From the NCBI GenBank assembly GCA_965226375.1, contig CBDDCX010000008.1:32001-96000 (forward strand): 64,000 nt of DNA, given 5' to 3'. This document shows, piece by piece, positions 40,655-51,548 of this stretch. The notes below the pieces were generated by a model, which was not told the DNA's origin, made no database searches, and worked only from the letters and a program-made list of their open reading frames with translations. The translations under genes were made by a program, and so were the position numbers. The stretch is from Longimicrobiales bacterium (GTDB lineage: Bacteria > Gemmatimonadota > Gemmatimonadetes > Longimicrobiales > Gaopeijiaceae). The number at the start of each line of letters is the position of its first letter. Position 1 is the stretch's first letter.

Positions 40655-41589
40655 ATGAAGATCTCACGTCGAGACATGCTGAGGGTCGGCGCCAGGGGGA
40701 GCGGACGGGTGCCGCCTTGCTCCTGGGCGACCTCACCGCTCTTGCCCAGTCGCCCGCTCAGATCACGCGCACGATCCCTTCCTCGGGTGAGGCCATTCCG
40801 GCTGTCGGGCTTGGAAGTGCTCGCACCTTCAGCAGGAGAGCCTCCGCGGACGAGCGTGGCGACTTGAAGGAGGTGCTCGGGCTCTTCCACGAGTTGGGCG
40901 GGACGGTCTTCGATACGGCCCCTACCTACGGGCTCTCGGAAAGCGTGGCGGGAGATCTGGTGCAGGAGTTGGGGATCGAGAACGACGTGTTCTTCGCGAC
41001 CAAGATCTCGACCGGTGGCGGTCGCATCTCTGGGGTCCGGCAGCAGGAGGAGTCGATGAGGCTGTGGGGTCGGGACACGATCGACCTCAATCAGGTGCAC
41101 AACCTCCGGGGGGTGCAGGAGCATCTCCCGACGATTCGTCAGGCCAAGGAAGAGGGCCGGACAAGGTATGTGGGTGTGACCATCTCCCGGTTCCGTCAGT
41201 TCGGGGACATGGAGCAGGTGATGCTGAGGGAGCCCCTCGACTTTATCCAGATCAACTACTCCCTGGGGGAGCGTCAGGCTGCGGACCGACTCTTGCCGCT
41301 GGCCCAGGACCGTGGTTTCGGAGTGGTCATCAACGAGCCCTATAACGGGGGCAGGCTGTTTCGTGCGGTGTCGGGCCGGTCATTGCCGGAGTGGGCCGCC
41401 GACTTCGATTGCGAGAGTTGGGGACAGTTCTTTCTGAAGTACATCCTGTCCCACCCGGCCGTCACGGTGGTGATTCCTGGGACCTCGGACCCGGGGCATC
41501 TCGTGGATAACATGGGGGCCGGGGTCGGACGTTTGCCCGATCCGCCCACGAGGCGGCGCATGGAGGAGTTCTTCGACGGTTTGGGTTGA
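40655..41589 (+). CDS. Aldo/keto reductase with a Tat leader that is out of frame (frameshift ~40695-40707)
   Basis: MKISRRDML is in one frame; GLGS, DTAPTYG, ATK, QVHN, IPGT are in another. Confidence 0.8.
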
Positions 41590-41726
41590 GGGGTGAGCGT
41601 GGCCCGCAGCGTCGGATTTTGACCTAGGGCCACTGCGATTCGCCGGTCCGGCCCACTGGCAGTTAGCATGTGCACTTCCTAGGTTGAGGTGGTTCGTGTG
41701 CCACTCTCGGTTTGTAGGAGGTCCCC

Positions 41727-43229
41727 ATGATGCGCTCCGTGGCTCGTACGTTCGTTGTCGCCGCAGTGCTCCTCCCGTCGTTCTCCGCAGCGCAGTCCAT
41801 TTCTGAGGATCCGGCCGTGATGGAGGCCATCGAGGTTGCTCGCATTTGGCTGGATGCACAACACGACTATGAGGAGATTCCGGCCATCTCGGCTGCGATC
41901 GTCCACGACCAGGAACTTGTCTGGAGTGGTGCCGTGGGCCTCGCCGATCTCGGCACCGAACGCCCGGCGACATCGGAGACGCTCTACTCGATCTGCTCGA
42001 TCTCGAAGCTCTTTACGAGTGTCGCGCTCATGCAGCTCCGAGATCAGGGCAAGGTCGACCTCCGGGATCCGGTGTCCAAGCACCTGCCGTGGTATGCGGT
42101 AACGCAGCAGTACGACGACTCCTCGCCGGTTACCCTCGAGGGACTCCTTACGCACTCGGCCGGTCTTCCTCGGGAATCTGATCACCCGTATTGGAGCGGT
42201 CCTGAGTACACCTTTCCGACAAAGGACGAGGTGATCGCGGGCCTGAAGAATCAGGAGACCCTCTACTCGTCGCGGACCAAGTATCAGTACTCGAACCTGG
42301 GACTCTCCTTGGCCGGATACGTGGTCGAAGAGGCGTCGGGGCAGCCCTACCACGAGTACGTACGAGAGCACATCCTGGAGCCCCTCGGCATGAGCGATAC
42401 CTACTCCGAGATGCCGGAGCACCACATCGGCGGCCAACTCGCCACCGGCTACAGCGGGATCACACGCGAGGGCAGCCGAGTCGCCGCACCTTTCTTCCTG
42501 GCGAGAGGGATCGCGCCGGCCGCTGGGTACGCTTCGACCGTGAACGACCTTGCCAAGTTCGCAATGTGGCAGTTCCGGACTCGGGGCGATCGCGAAGAGA
42601 TTCTCCATGGCTTCACACTTGCCGAGATGCAGCGCGCGCACTTTGTCGACCCCGACAACGATACCAAGCGGGGTCTCGGCTTCAGCGTGTCGCGGCGCGA
42701 CGGAAAGACCTGGGTCGGCCATGGTGGGAGCTGCCCGGGGTTCCAGACGACGTTCACGATGCAGAACGACGAAAAAATTGCCACCATCGCGTTCTTGAAC
42801 GCACGCGAGAACCCGGGGAAGTATGCGCGCGGAGTGTACGATCTCGTGGTCGACGCCGTGCTCGCTGCGGCAAAGGGCGATCCACCCCACATAGCCACCG
42901 ACGGCGCGGACAATGGGGGCATGGACGAGAACGGAGCGTCAAACGGGCATGACATGGTCGACTACTACGAGTACGTCGGTCAGTATCTGCGGGGTCTGGG
43001 CGCCAGCGAAACCGCTGTCGTGCGTTGGAAGGGCGGAATCGCGACGCTGGGCCTTCCGACCGACGATCCTCGAGGTCGACTCAGAAAGCTGCAGCACGTT
43101 GAGGGCGACACGTTCCGTCAGGTCGGTAGTGACGGCGAGCTCGAAGGGAAGGTCATTTTCGACCGGGATGCCCAGGGCAGGATCATCCGTATGAGGAATC
43201 CGACCAACTATGCGAGGCGGGTACACTAG
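41727..43229 (+). CDS. Serine hydrolase, beta-lactamase-like family, exported
   Basis: Motifs SISK, LLTHSAG, YSN, GHGG. Confidence 0.9.
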   Translation: MMRSVARTFVVAAVLLPSFSAAQSISEDPAVMEAIEVARIWLDAQHDYEEIPAISAAIVHDQELVWSGAVGLADLGTERPATSETLYSICSISKLFTSVALMQLRDQGKVDLRDPVSKHLPWYAVTQQYDDSSPVTLEGLLTHSAGLPRESDHPYWSGPEYTFPTKDEVIAGLKNQETLYSSRTKYQYSNLGLSLAGYVVEEASGQPYHEYVREHILEPLGMSDTYSEMPEHHIGGQLATGYSGITREGSRVAAPFFLARGIAPAAGYASTVNDLAKFAMWQFRTRGDREEILHGFTLAEMQRAHFVDPDNDTKRGLGFSVSRRDGKTWVGHGGSCPGFQTTFTMQNDEKIATIAFLNARENPGKYARGVYDLVVDAVLAAAKGDPPHIATDGADNGGMDENGASNGHDMVDYYEYVGQYLRGLGASETAVVRWKGGIATLGLPTDDPRGRLRKLQHVEGDTFRQVGSDGELEGKVIFDRDAQGRIIRMRNPTNYARRVH

Positions 43230-43388
43230 CACGCGCCACGGGTTCAGGGTGTCGATGGCCCTGCGCTGGCGATGCCGAATCCGTCGATGCCCCTCCCTTG
43301 CGAGAACGGGTAGGACGGTCGCACTCTATATCCCCCCAGGTGTGGGGTGATGTGTTTGCGGAAATTCGCCTTGCCTACCGGCTGAACT

Positions 43389-44270
43389 ATGACCGCTATC
43401 GAGAACGCGCCACACGCCGAGGCTATCGGCCGAAAGCCTGTCGACGACCAGATCGACTTCTACGGGCTCACGCACACGGGAAACGTACGCAAGGAGAACC
43501 AGGACCACTTCCTCGTCTCATCGCTCCACAAGCGCATGGACGTACATCTCACCAGCCTGCCCGACACCGACAGACTCTACGGAGAGTCGGAGCGTCTCGG
43601 GTTCCTGGCCATGGTTGCCGATGGTGTAGGTGGGGGACCGGGAGGTGAGGCCGCGAGCCGGCGGGCTCTGGAGGCCGTGAGTCAGTATGTCGCCGGAAGT
43701 ATGGACTGTTATTACACCACGGACCCCACGGACGACCACACGTTCACGCAGGCTCTCGCCGACGCGGCACTCCACTCTCACGAGGACGTGCGCAAGGGCT
43801 CCGACGCGGACGCGGGAAAGGGCATGGCGTCGACTCTCACGCTCGTTCTCTACGTGTGGCCCCGCGCATATCTCCTCCAGGTCGGGGACAGCCGGTACTA
43901 CATTCTACGGAACGACGAGCTGACGCAGATTTCCCGAGATCAGACGCTGGCGCAGGTCCTGGTCGACGACGGCGTGTTCTCCCGGACCGAGGCATCCAAG
44001 TCGCCACTGTCCAACGTCTTGTCCAGCGCCATCGGCGGCTCGGAGACCACTCCCGTGGTCACCGGCATCGATCAGGACTGGAACCACGTCCACCTGCTTT
44101 GCAGCGATGGACTGACCAAGCATGTCACGGACGAGCGTATCGCGGAACGGCTTCGTTCGATGACGTCCGCCAAGCAGGTGTGCGAGGATCTGTTGCAGGA
44201 CGCGCTGGACGGCGGCGGTAGCGACAACATCACGGTTATCGTGGTACGGGCTCTGCTCGACCGGGCGTAA
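43389..44270 (+). CDS. PP2C-family protein phosphatase
   Basis: Motifs NQD, VADGVGG, VGDSR, LCSDGL, DNIT. Confidence 0.9.
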   Translation: MTAIENAPHAEAIGRKPVDDQIDFYGLTHTGNVRKENQDHFLVSSLHKRMDVHLTSLPDTDRLYGESERLGFLAMVADGVGGGPGGEAASRRALEAVSQYVAGSMDCYYTTDPTDDHTFTQALADAALHSHEDVRKGSDADAGKGMASTLTLVLYVWPRAYLLQVGDSRYYILRNDELTQISRDQTLAQVLVDDGVFSRTEASKSPLSNVLSSAIGGSETTPVVTGIDQDWNHVHLLCSDGLTKHVTDERIAERLRSMTSAKQVCEDLLQDALDGGGSDNITVIVVRALLDRA

Positions 44271-44290
44271 GGGCCCACTACGAATTCAGG

Positions 44291-45523
44291 CTACCGAGGC
44301 GTTAGCGGGGTACCCGGCCTCTCCCAGAGCTCCCCTACGGAATTCTCCGGGGCGATCAGCCGATCGGGATTCAATCCGGGCGGATCGTTCTTGCCCGCGT
44401 TGAGGCCGTCGCCTTCGTCCGATCGAGTGGACATGACGAAGGTCTCCGGCACGAAGGTCGACCAGGCGAACCAGAACGACACGTACGACTCCACGACCCG
44501 CGTCAGTTTGGTTCCCGTCAGGGGCCCCGCAAAGGCGACACCCTCGAAGGACCACTCGCTCCCCGTCTCTTCATCGAAGAAACGTCCATCCACGAAGCGA
44601 TTCACACGAAAGAACGTGAGGCCCTGTCCGTTGACCGTCGCCTTGTAGGCGATCGCGGCCCGCAGGTCGATGTCCCAAAAGACGACGTGCGATTCTCCTT
44701 CGAGGTCCCATTGAAACGCCGCCCGTCCCCCCCGGCTCTGGAGGACCGAGAAGGGGATGGCTAGGCCTCGCCCGCTCGGGTACGGAATGCCGAGTACGCG
44801 TTCCTTCGGGCCCATGCGGTCGTCGAACGTTTCTTGCGGGTAGTAGGTCAGTGTGTTGTGGGCCTTCTCGTACTCCCCGTACGGGTAGGTACGGTAGTCG
44901 TAGTTATAGCCCGTTTCCCCGGACACGACGAGCGTCTGCGGATGTAGCGACAACCAACCCTCCCACTTCATCTCGATGGCCGAATACATGGGAAGAAGCT
45001 GGCTTCCGCCGCAGTTCGTGTTGCGCACCATTTGGGGCCACAGGGTGTTGGTTAGCCCGTTGACCATGACCAGGTTGTTGTAGAGGACCTGATCCGCGAC
45101 GCCGACGGGCGAGCCACCGATGGGCCGTCGGTCGAATACCATGCTCGATCCGCTGAGAGGTGAGTAGGTCACCGCAAGCGGCAGGCCGGCAACCTGGATG
45201 TTCACGATCTCGTGCCGCCAGAGGATGTTGTGGGGCACGGCAATGAACTGGCCGTCCACTTCGACGCCGATCACCCGGTCGGTCCCGGCAAGGTAGTCGA
45301 CAGTGCCGTCGAGACCCTCCACCAGGAGGGGATCTACAAGGGCCACGATCTCCGCGCGGGTTGCCCCGCCCGGTACGAACATGTCCTCGACCCTACAGAG
45401 ATCCGAACTATTGTCGTCATCGAGGTCCTGAAGCGGGTCGACCGGTGCGCTGTCACCCGAGCACGCCACCAGAGTGGTCAGGGACACCCCAAGGCAGACC
45501 AGGCACAGCCTCTCGATGCGCAT
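44291..45523 (-). CDS. DUF3179-family lipoprotein
   Basis: Motifs ILWRHEIVN, TGSEW, FWFAW. Confidence 0.75.
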   Translation of the reverse strand: MRIERLCLVCLGVSLTTLVACSGDSAPVDPLQDLDDDNSSDLCRVEDMFVPGGATRAEIVALVDPLLVEGLDGTVDYLAGTDRVIGVEVDGQFIAVPHNILWRHEIVNIQVAGLPLAVTYSPLSGSSMVFDRRPIGGSPVGVADQVLYNNLVMVNGLTNTLWPQMVRNTNCGGSQLLPMYSAIEMKWEGWLSLHPQTLVVSGETGYNYDYRTYPYGEYEKAHNTLTYYPQETFDDRMGPKERVLGIPYPSGRGLAIPFSVLQSRGGRAAFQWDLEGESHVVFWDIDLRAAIAYKATVNGQGLTFFRVNRFVDGRFFDEETGSEWSFEGVAFAGPLTGTKLTRVVESYVSFWFAWSTFVPETFVMSTRSDEGDGLNAGKNDPPGLNPDRLIAPENSVGELWERPGTPLTPR

Positions 45524-45651
45524 GTTGCGTTTTCTGGCTCGGCTAATCACGACTCTCCACCTGCACGTCGGTCGAACAGCAATTACAAAACGCCTAGGGC
45601 CCGTGAGAAGTTCCATTGCCGGCGCGAGGGCTCCCGCGGCGGCGTTTGCCC

Positions 45652-47604
45652 TCATCCCGGCGGGAGAATCAGGGGGCCCTTGGCTGCCCCGACAGGATGT
45701 TCTCTAGTATATAGGGTCAGGTAGAGCCGGCCAGCCCGAAGCGCGTCGAGCTCTGGTCCACGCAATGTGACGCTCTCGGATGCCGAGACCGATCCGGCAC
45801 CCGATAGCCTATGTATGATTGGTCCGGTGCGATCGTCTCCCGCGCGGTGTAAGTCGACGGCGTGAACTTCCCCCGCCGGCACACCGAAGACTTCGAGGTC
45901 GTACGACAACACACCGGTCGGTAGATCGAGAGCGAACCGGGCTCGTACTCGAGCAACCGGCCCTTCTGCGATCAGATCGAAGATCACCGGAGCGGGGGCC
46001 ACACCGTTCTCCAACGGCGGCGTGCTGAACGGTGCTCGGCGGTGTGTGGTCGCCTGTTCGAACGCGAATCCGAGCGCCAGCAGCTTCGGGTCCGCGAACG
46101 GCCGACCCAGGAGCTCGAGTCCCGCCGGGAGGCCTCTACGCGTGAACCCTGCCGGGATACTGAAGGCCGGGAGGCCCGCGGATGCGCTCAACTGGCAGTT
46201 GCTGCCGAACTGAGGGTCACCGATCTGTGCCGGCGGTCGGCGGATGGTCGGGTAGATCAAAGCGTCGAGTCGTTCGTTGTCCATCGCGTTGATGACCGCG
46301 TCTCTGAGCACCTCTCTCTTGGCCAACGCGGCGCGATACTCTTCACTGTCACGGGACTCCGGAGTGTTTCGGGTCCTGAACCTGCTGTCCAATGCCGCGT
46401 GGTAGAGGCCTTGGTCCAGGATGTCCTGCAACGAGCCCACCGGGGCTCCGGGTGTGGCTGCCAGGTAATCGATCAAGTCCCACTTGAACTCATGCGCGAT
46501 GACGCTGGAGTTCGAAACGAGTTCCTCGAGGCCGGGGATCACGATATCGATCACGTCGGCACCCGCGTCGAACATCTGCGCGATGGCGGCACGGACCACG
46601 CCGCCCATCTCCTGATTCTCGGGCGCATCTCCAAACATGGTCGTGAGCACCCCGAGCCGGGCTCCCCGCAGCGCGTTGGCGTCGAGCGAGTCGGCGAAAC
46701 GCGGGTGCGCGCGGCCGCGGAGCACGGCCGTGGCCGGATCCGCGGGGTCGATGCCGATGGTGGCGTCGAGGGCGATGGCGAGGTCCGTGACCGTTCGGGC
46801 CAGGGGTCCCCCGACGTCCTGCGTATGCGAGAGAGGGATAATGCCGTCGATACTGGACAGCCCCTTGGTGGGCCTGAGGCCGTACAGGTTGTTCTGTGAC
46901 GCCGGAATGCGGATGGACCCACAGGTATCGGTCCCCCATCCGACCGCTGCGAAGCTCGCCGCGATCGCCGCACCCGTGCCACCGCTCGAACCTCCCGGAT
47001 AACGCGACAGGTCATAAGGGTTGAGGGTCTGCCCGCCCAGCGAACTGATGGACGTGATCCCCGCTGCCAGCTCGTGCAAGTTCGATTTGCCCACGATGAT
47101 TGCGCCGGCCTGCCGCAGCCTGCGGACCTGGAAGGCATCGTCCGGCGGGATCAGCCCGGCGAGAGCCACTGACCCACCCGTTGTGGGCATGTCAGCTGTA
47201 TCGTAGTTGTCCTTCAGGATGATCGGGATCCCGTGAAGCGGGCCGCGAACGATTCCCATCGCCCGTTCGCGGTCCCGGGCCTCGGCCTCAGAGCGGGCGT
47301 TGGGGTTCAGGCGGATCATCGTGCTCAGGCGGGGCCCCTGCCGATCGTACGCGGCGATCCGGGCCAGGTACGCATCGACAAGCCCTGTCGCTGTGGCGCG
47401 TCCCGAGGCCATCGCCCGCTGCAACTCCGGAATCGTTGCCTCTACCACCTCGAACGTACCCATACCGTCCATCCGGCTCGTTCCGGAACTGGTTTGGCCG
47501 AATGCGGACAGCGGTGACAGTGCCAACATGAGAAGCGGTGTCGCGAGCCACGTGACGGTAGCTGGGTGACCCGTAATGGCGGGGTGAGAGTCAGAATTAT
47601 TCAT
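45652..47604 (-). CDS. Amidase-signature enzyme with C-terminal CHRD-like domain
   Basis: Motifs LKDN, GGSSGG, GTDTCGSIR; C-terminal GRLY..T.EHP.G. Confidence 0.85.
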   Translation of the reverse strand: MNNSDSHPAITGHPATVTWLATPLLMLALSPLSAFGQTSSGTSRMDGMGTFEVVEATIPELQRAMASGRATATGLVDAYLARIAAYDRQGPRLSTMIRLNPNARSEAEARDRERAMGIVRGPLHGIPIILKDNYDTADMPTTGGSVALAGLIPPDDAFQVRRLRQAGAIIVGKSNLHELAAGITSISSLGGQTLNPYDLSRYPGGSSGGTGAAIAASFAAVGWGTDTCGSIRIPASQNNLYGLRPTKGLSSIDGIIPLSHTQDVGGPLARTVTDLAIALDATIGIDPADPATAVLRGRAHPRFADSLDANALRGARLGVLTTMFGDAPENQEMGGVVRAAIAQMFDAGADVIDIVIPGLEELVSNSSVIAHEFKWDLIDYLAATPGAPVGSLQDILDQGLYHAALDSRFRTRNTPESRDSEEYRAALAKREVLRDAVINAMDNERLDALIYPTIRRPPAQIGDPQFGSNCQLSASAGLPAFSIPAGFTRRGLPAGLELLGRPFADPKLLALGFAFEQATTHRRAPFSTPPLENGVAPAPVIFDLIAEGPVARVRARFALDLPTGVLSYDLEVFGVPAGEVHAVDLHRAGDDRTGPIIHRLSGAGSVSASESVTLRGPELDALRAGRLYLTLYTREHPVGAAKGPLILPPG

Positions 47605-47783
47605 TCCTGAAAGATCCCGTAAGTGAGGTGCAGCCCGCAAGTGAGGCCGCGGTATCCTCCTGCTTGGCACGTGTCCTGCAGCCAAGGCTTTGCAGATTAC
47701 TTCGGTAGCGACCGGGTCTTATTACCGCAGATCGTGTTACGCCGCCCTGTTTCACGCCGAACCACACAGCGGAGTAGACAGAT

Positions 47784-48413
47784 ATGGGACTGACACTTTT
47801 TTCCGAACCCGGCACACAAGTAACGATTCTTCTCTTCGCGGGGTTCCTCGCGTTGGGAACAACGGCTTGCAGCGACGAAGGCACAGGTGTGGAGATGTCC
47901 CGCGTTCGTGTCCTTCTCACGGACGCCCCGTCAGAAGTCATTGCTAGCGCCGAGGTGTGGATCTCGAGGGTCTACCTCCAGGGTGGGGATGACGAGGAGG
48001 CCGAGGGCGGACGGGTCGATCTCTTCAACGACCCCGACAACCCACAGCACTATGACCTCCTCACCCTGCGAGATGGCGTCACCGCCGACCTCACCGACGT
48101 CGTCGACGTGGATGTGGGACTGTACCGCACGCTTCGATTGGTCGTGGATAGTGCCCGAGTGACCCTGGTGGAGGGCGTGTCGTTCGAGGACGGGACGGAC
48201 ACCGCGACCCTTTTCGTCCCCAGTGGAAGCTCGAGTGGCATCAAGGTGCTTCTCGATTCCGACCTCGATGCGGTGGAGGGTGAGACCACGACGGTGACCG
48301 TCGACTTCGACGTGGATCAGAATTTCGTCATCCAGGGGACCCCGGGCCCCGGGGGAGTCCGAAGGGTCATTTTTACACCACTCTTGAGAGAGCACGCCCG
48401 CTACCAGTCCTGA
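47784..48413 (+). CDS. DUF4382-family lipoprotein
   Basis: Motifs LTDAP, DLLTL, VPSG, VDFD. Confidence 0.75.
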   Translation: MGLTLFSEPGTQVTILLFAGFLALGTTACSDEGTGVEMSRVRVLLTDAPSEVIASAEVWISRVYLQGGDDEEAEGGRVDLFNDPDNPQHYDLLTLRDGVTADLTDVVDVDVGLYRTLRLVVDSARVTLVEGVSFEDGTDTATLFVPSGSSSGIKVLLDSDLDAVEGETTTVTVDFDVDQNFVIQGTPGPGGVRRVIFTPLLREHARYQS

Positions 48414-48485
48414 GTCGAAGGGCGGAAGGATAGGGCGGCCCAGGAAGTATTTGCCATCCCATCTGTTCCGGCGGACCTTTCCGGA

Positions 48486-51298
48486 ATGGACCCGGAACGA
48501 TTCGAGTTGGTGAACGATTCGAGTTGGTGCAAGAAATCCTGGCGGCGGCCATGGAGTGTCCCGCCGAGGAGCGGGCTGTCTTCCTCGCGACACGATGCGG
48601 GGATGATGCCGAGCTCAAGGGTGAGGTGGAATCACTCCTGGCCGCCGCCGAGGACGCCGGCGACTTTTTCGACTCCTTGGCCGGTCGAGCCGGTGTAGCC
48701 GGACCTGCCGAGGGCGATGCCACGGAGTCGTTGGTTGGACGAACCGTGTCACACTTCGAGATCACGGGCGAGCTCGGCCGAGGGGGAATGGGCACGGTCT
48801 ATCGAGCCACGGATGTACGGCTTGGACGCGAAGTAGCCCTCAAGGTCATGCCCGAGTTCCTGTCACGGAATCCGGAGCAGTTGGCGCGGTTCCAGCGAGA
48901 GGCTCGGGTTCTGGCCAAGCTCAACCATCCCGGTATCGGCGCCATCTATGACCTCGAGGAGGTAGATGGTCGACGGGTCCTCGTTCTCGAGATGGTCGAG
49001 GGCCACACACTTCGGGACCAGGTGAAGAAGAGCAGGCTGTCGCTCGACGAGGCGCTGCTGGTGGCACGCCATATCGCGACTGCGCTCGAGGCCGCGCACG
49101 CCGAGGGGATCGTTCACCGCGATCTCAAGCCCGCCAACGTCATGATCCGACCAGATGGCGAGGTAAAGGTCGTGGACTTCGGGATCGCCAAGGGACTCGA
49201 GAAGGACACGGACCAGGCGGACGAGTCCACCCCGTCACCCAGCAAGATCGCCGCGGCTACCCGAATCGGCCGGATCATGGGTACCGTGTCGTACATGAGC
49301 CCGGAGCAGGCAAGAGGCCGCCACGTCGATCACAGAAGCGACGTTTGGTCTTTCGGCGTGGTCCTGTTCGAGATGCTGGCGGGCCGTCGGCCGTTCCTCG
49401 GCGAAGACACAGCACAGACACTCGCGCGCATCCTGGAGGGGGAGCCCGACTGGAAAGCACTTCCACACCGTCTCCCCGGGCGGATCCGCCGACTGCTCGA
49501 GCGAGGCTTGGTCAAGGATCCGCGACAGAGGCTACAGGCTATTGGCGAAGCCCGGATCAGCATTGACACGTACCTCGCCGACCCGGCGCCTGATGTGTCC
49601 CAAACGGTGGCCAGGCCAGTCAGCCGATGGGTCGTCGCGTTGACCATCGTCCTGGCTGCCGTGACCGGATGGGTGGCCAGGCCGTCCAGCGGCGAATCGA
49701 CCGAGCCACGGAACATGGTGCTCTATATGCCCGACGGCGCGGCCGGAACGCGACTGTCTCCCGATGGCACCAAGCTGTTCTACACCGTGGGTGGTGAGGG
49801 GTGGTTGCTGGCCATGGACCAGCCGGCTCCGCGTCGGCTACCGGGCAGTGACGGTGCCCTGAACCCGTTCTGGGCGCGTGACAGCGAGTCGGTTGTGTTC
49901 CGCCGAGACGATAAACTGTGGAGGGCCTCCGTGGGCGGTACAGGTGCCCAGATCATCTGCGACCTGCCTACTGGCGTGTACACGGGAGGAACGTGGATGG
50001 AGGGCGATACCATCCTATTTGCGATGCCGGAAGGGATCTTCCACGTTCCTGCCGTTGGTGGGACGCCTCAGTTGCGCCTGGTCCGAGATATGGAGCGAGA
50101 GGCTCCGTTCAGGGAGCCGCACGGCCTTCCGGGTGGAGGCTTCCTGTTGGCCACCGCGTTCGATGGCCGGATCGAGTTGTTGCGCGGAGGGGAGCGTGGC
50201 GTCCTCCTCCAACTCTCTGAGACCATGGTGCGGGATCCCGTCTATTCGGCTCCTGGCCACATGGTCTTCCGCCGGATGGATCGAGGCGGCGAGATCTGGG
50301 CAGTTCCGTTCTCCCTGTCCGCCGGGGCTACGACGGGGGATCCCTTCATGATCGAGGGAGTCAATGCGGTGCCGACCGTCTCGGGGGCCGGTACGCTGGC
50401 GTATCGACGGACCCCCGTCGAGCTGCATCAGATGGTCTGGATCGACGAATCCGGAAGGTTGGACGGATCCGTCTCCGAGCCTCAACTTCGCCTCAGCTGG
50501 CCGGCCATCTCACCCGACGGTAAGCGCATCGTCGTAAGCGCTGTCGAGGGCGGGCGTCGCAACCTCTGGATCCACGACCTTCCGTCGGGATCGGTGATAC
50601 CGTTCACCCTGTCAGCTGAAGAGAGACATCGCTATCCGTTCTGGAGCCCAGATGGAGCGCGCATCGGCTTCAATTCGAACACGGCGCTTGCCGAGGGGCT
50701 CGTGACCAAGGCCACGGGCACGGAGGTGGATGTTCCTCATGAGGCTTTGGCTCCCGGTGGGGTTGGGGGGGCCTTTTCTCCTGACGGCCGCTCTCTTTTG
50801 TACCACCGGCTTTTCGAGACAACGGGCGCCGACCTCCGGATCAGGACGCTGGATGGGGCGGATGACCGCCCGTTTCACGTGACCCGTCAGCATGAAGGGT
50901 GGGCGCGGATTTCTCCCGGCGGAGACTTGGTGGCCCACCAGGGGGGGCGGACGGGCTTCCCGGAAGTCATCGTGCGTCCATTCCCGACGGGGGATGGCCT
51001 CTGGCAGGTGTCGACCGATACCGGCAGACATCCACGCTGGAGTCCCGACGGGACGGCCCTCTACTACTGGCAGGGTCGCGACATCATGGTCGTGCGGGTA
51101 GACCGTGGGGATGACTCGCCCAGATTCAGCCGCCCCTAACTGTTCGTCGCGGGTGCCCCCATGGATCTGATAGGAGAGAGCTACGACGTGGCACCTGACG
51201 GGCGACTCCTGGTGGTCCGTAGACTCCGCGAGGGTGGTTCGGACCAACCGAGCGGAATGGTGCTCGTGGAGAACTGGGCGGGAGCCTACCCGCGCTAG
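48486..51298 (+). pseudogene. Ser/Thr protein kinase with TolB/PD40 repeats, disrupted at both ends
   Basis: Motifs LGRGGMG, HRDLKPAN, DFG, SPDG repeats. A 17-bp duplication follows the start; stops at 51137, 51170 and 51220. Confidence 0.8.
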
Positions 51299-51548
51299 CC
51301 TCGGCCGAGCGGCAATAGGATCGATAGGGGCACGTATAGAAAATTACTCCCCGGCGGGATCCGCTGGAGTCTGTGACGGCTTTAACGAGAGGGCGCCCAC
51401 CGGCATCCATACGCTACAAACCCGTCGATTCAGAAGGAATGTCGTGATACGCTTGGCCCCGCCTCCTTTACTGTGCCCCTCTATCCGGCCGCGATCAGGT
51501 GCGACTCCGCCGACCGCGTGCCCACGAGTCCGCGTGCTGGCCTGGCTC

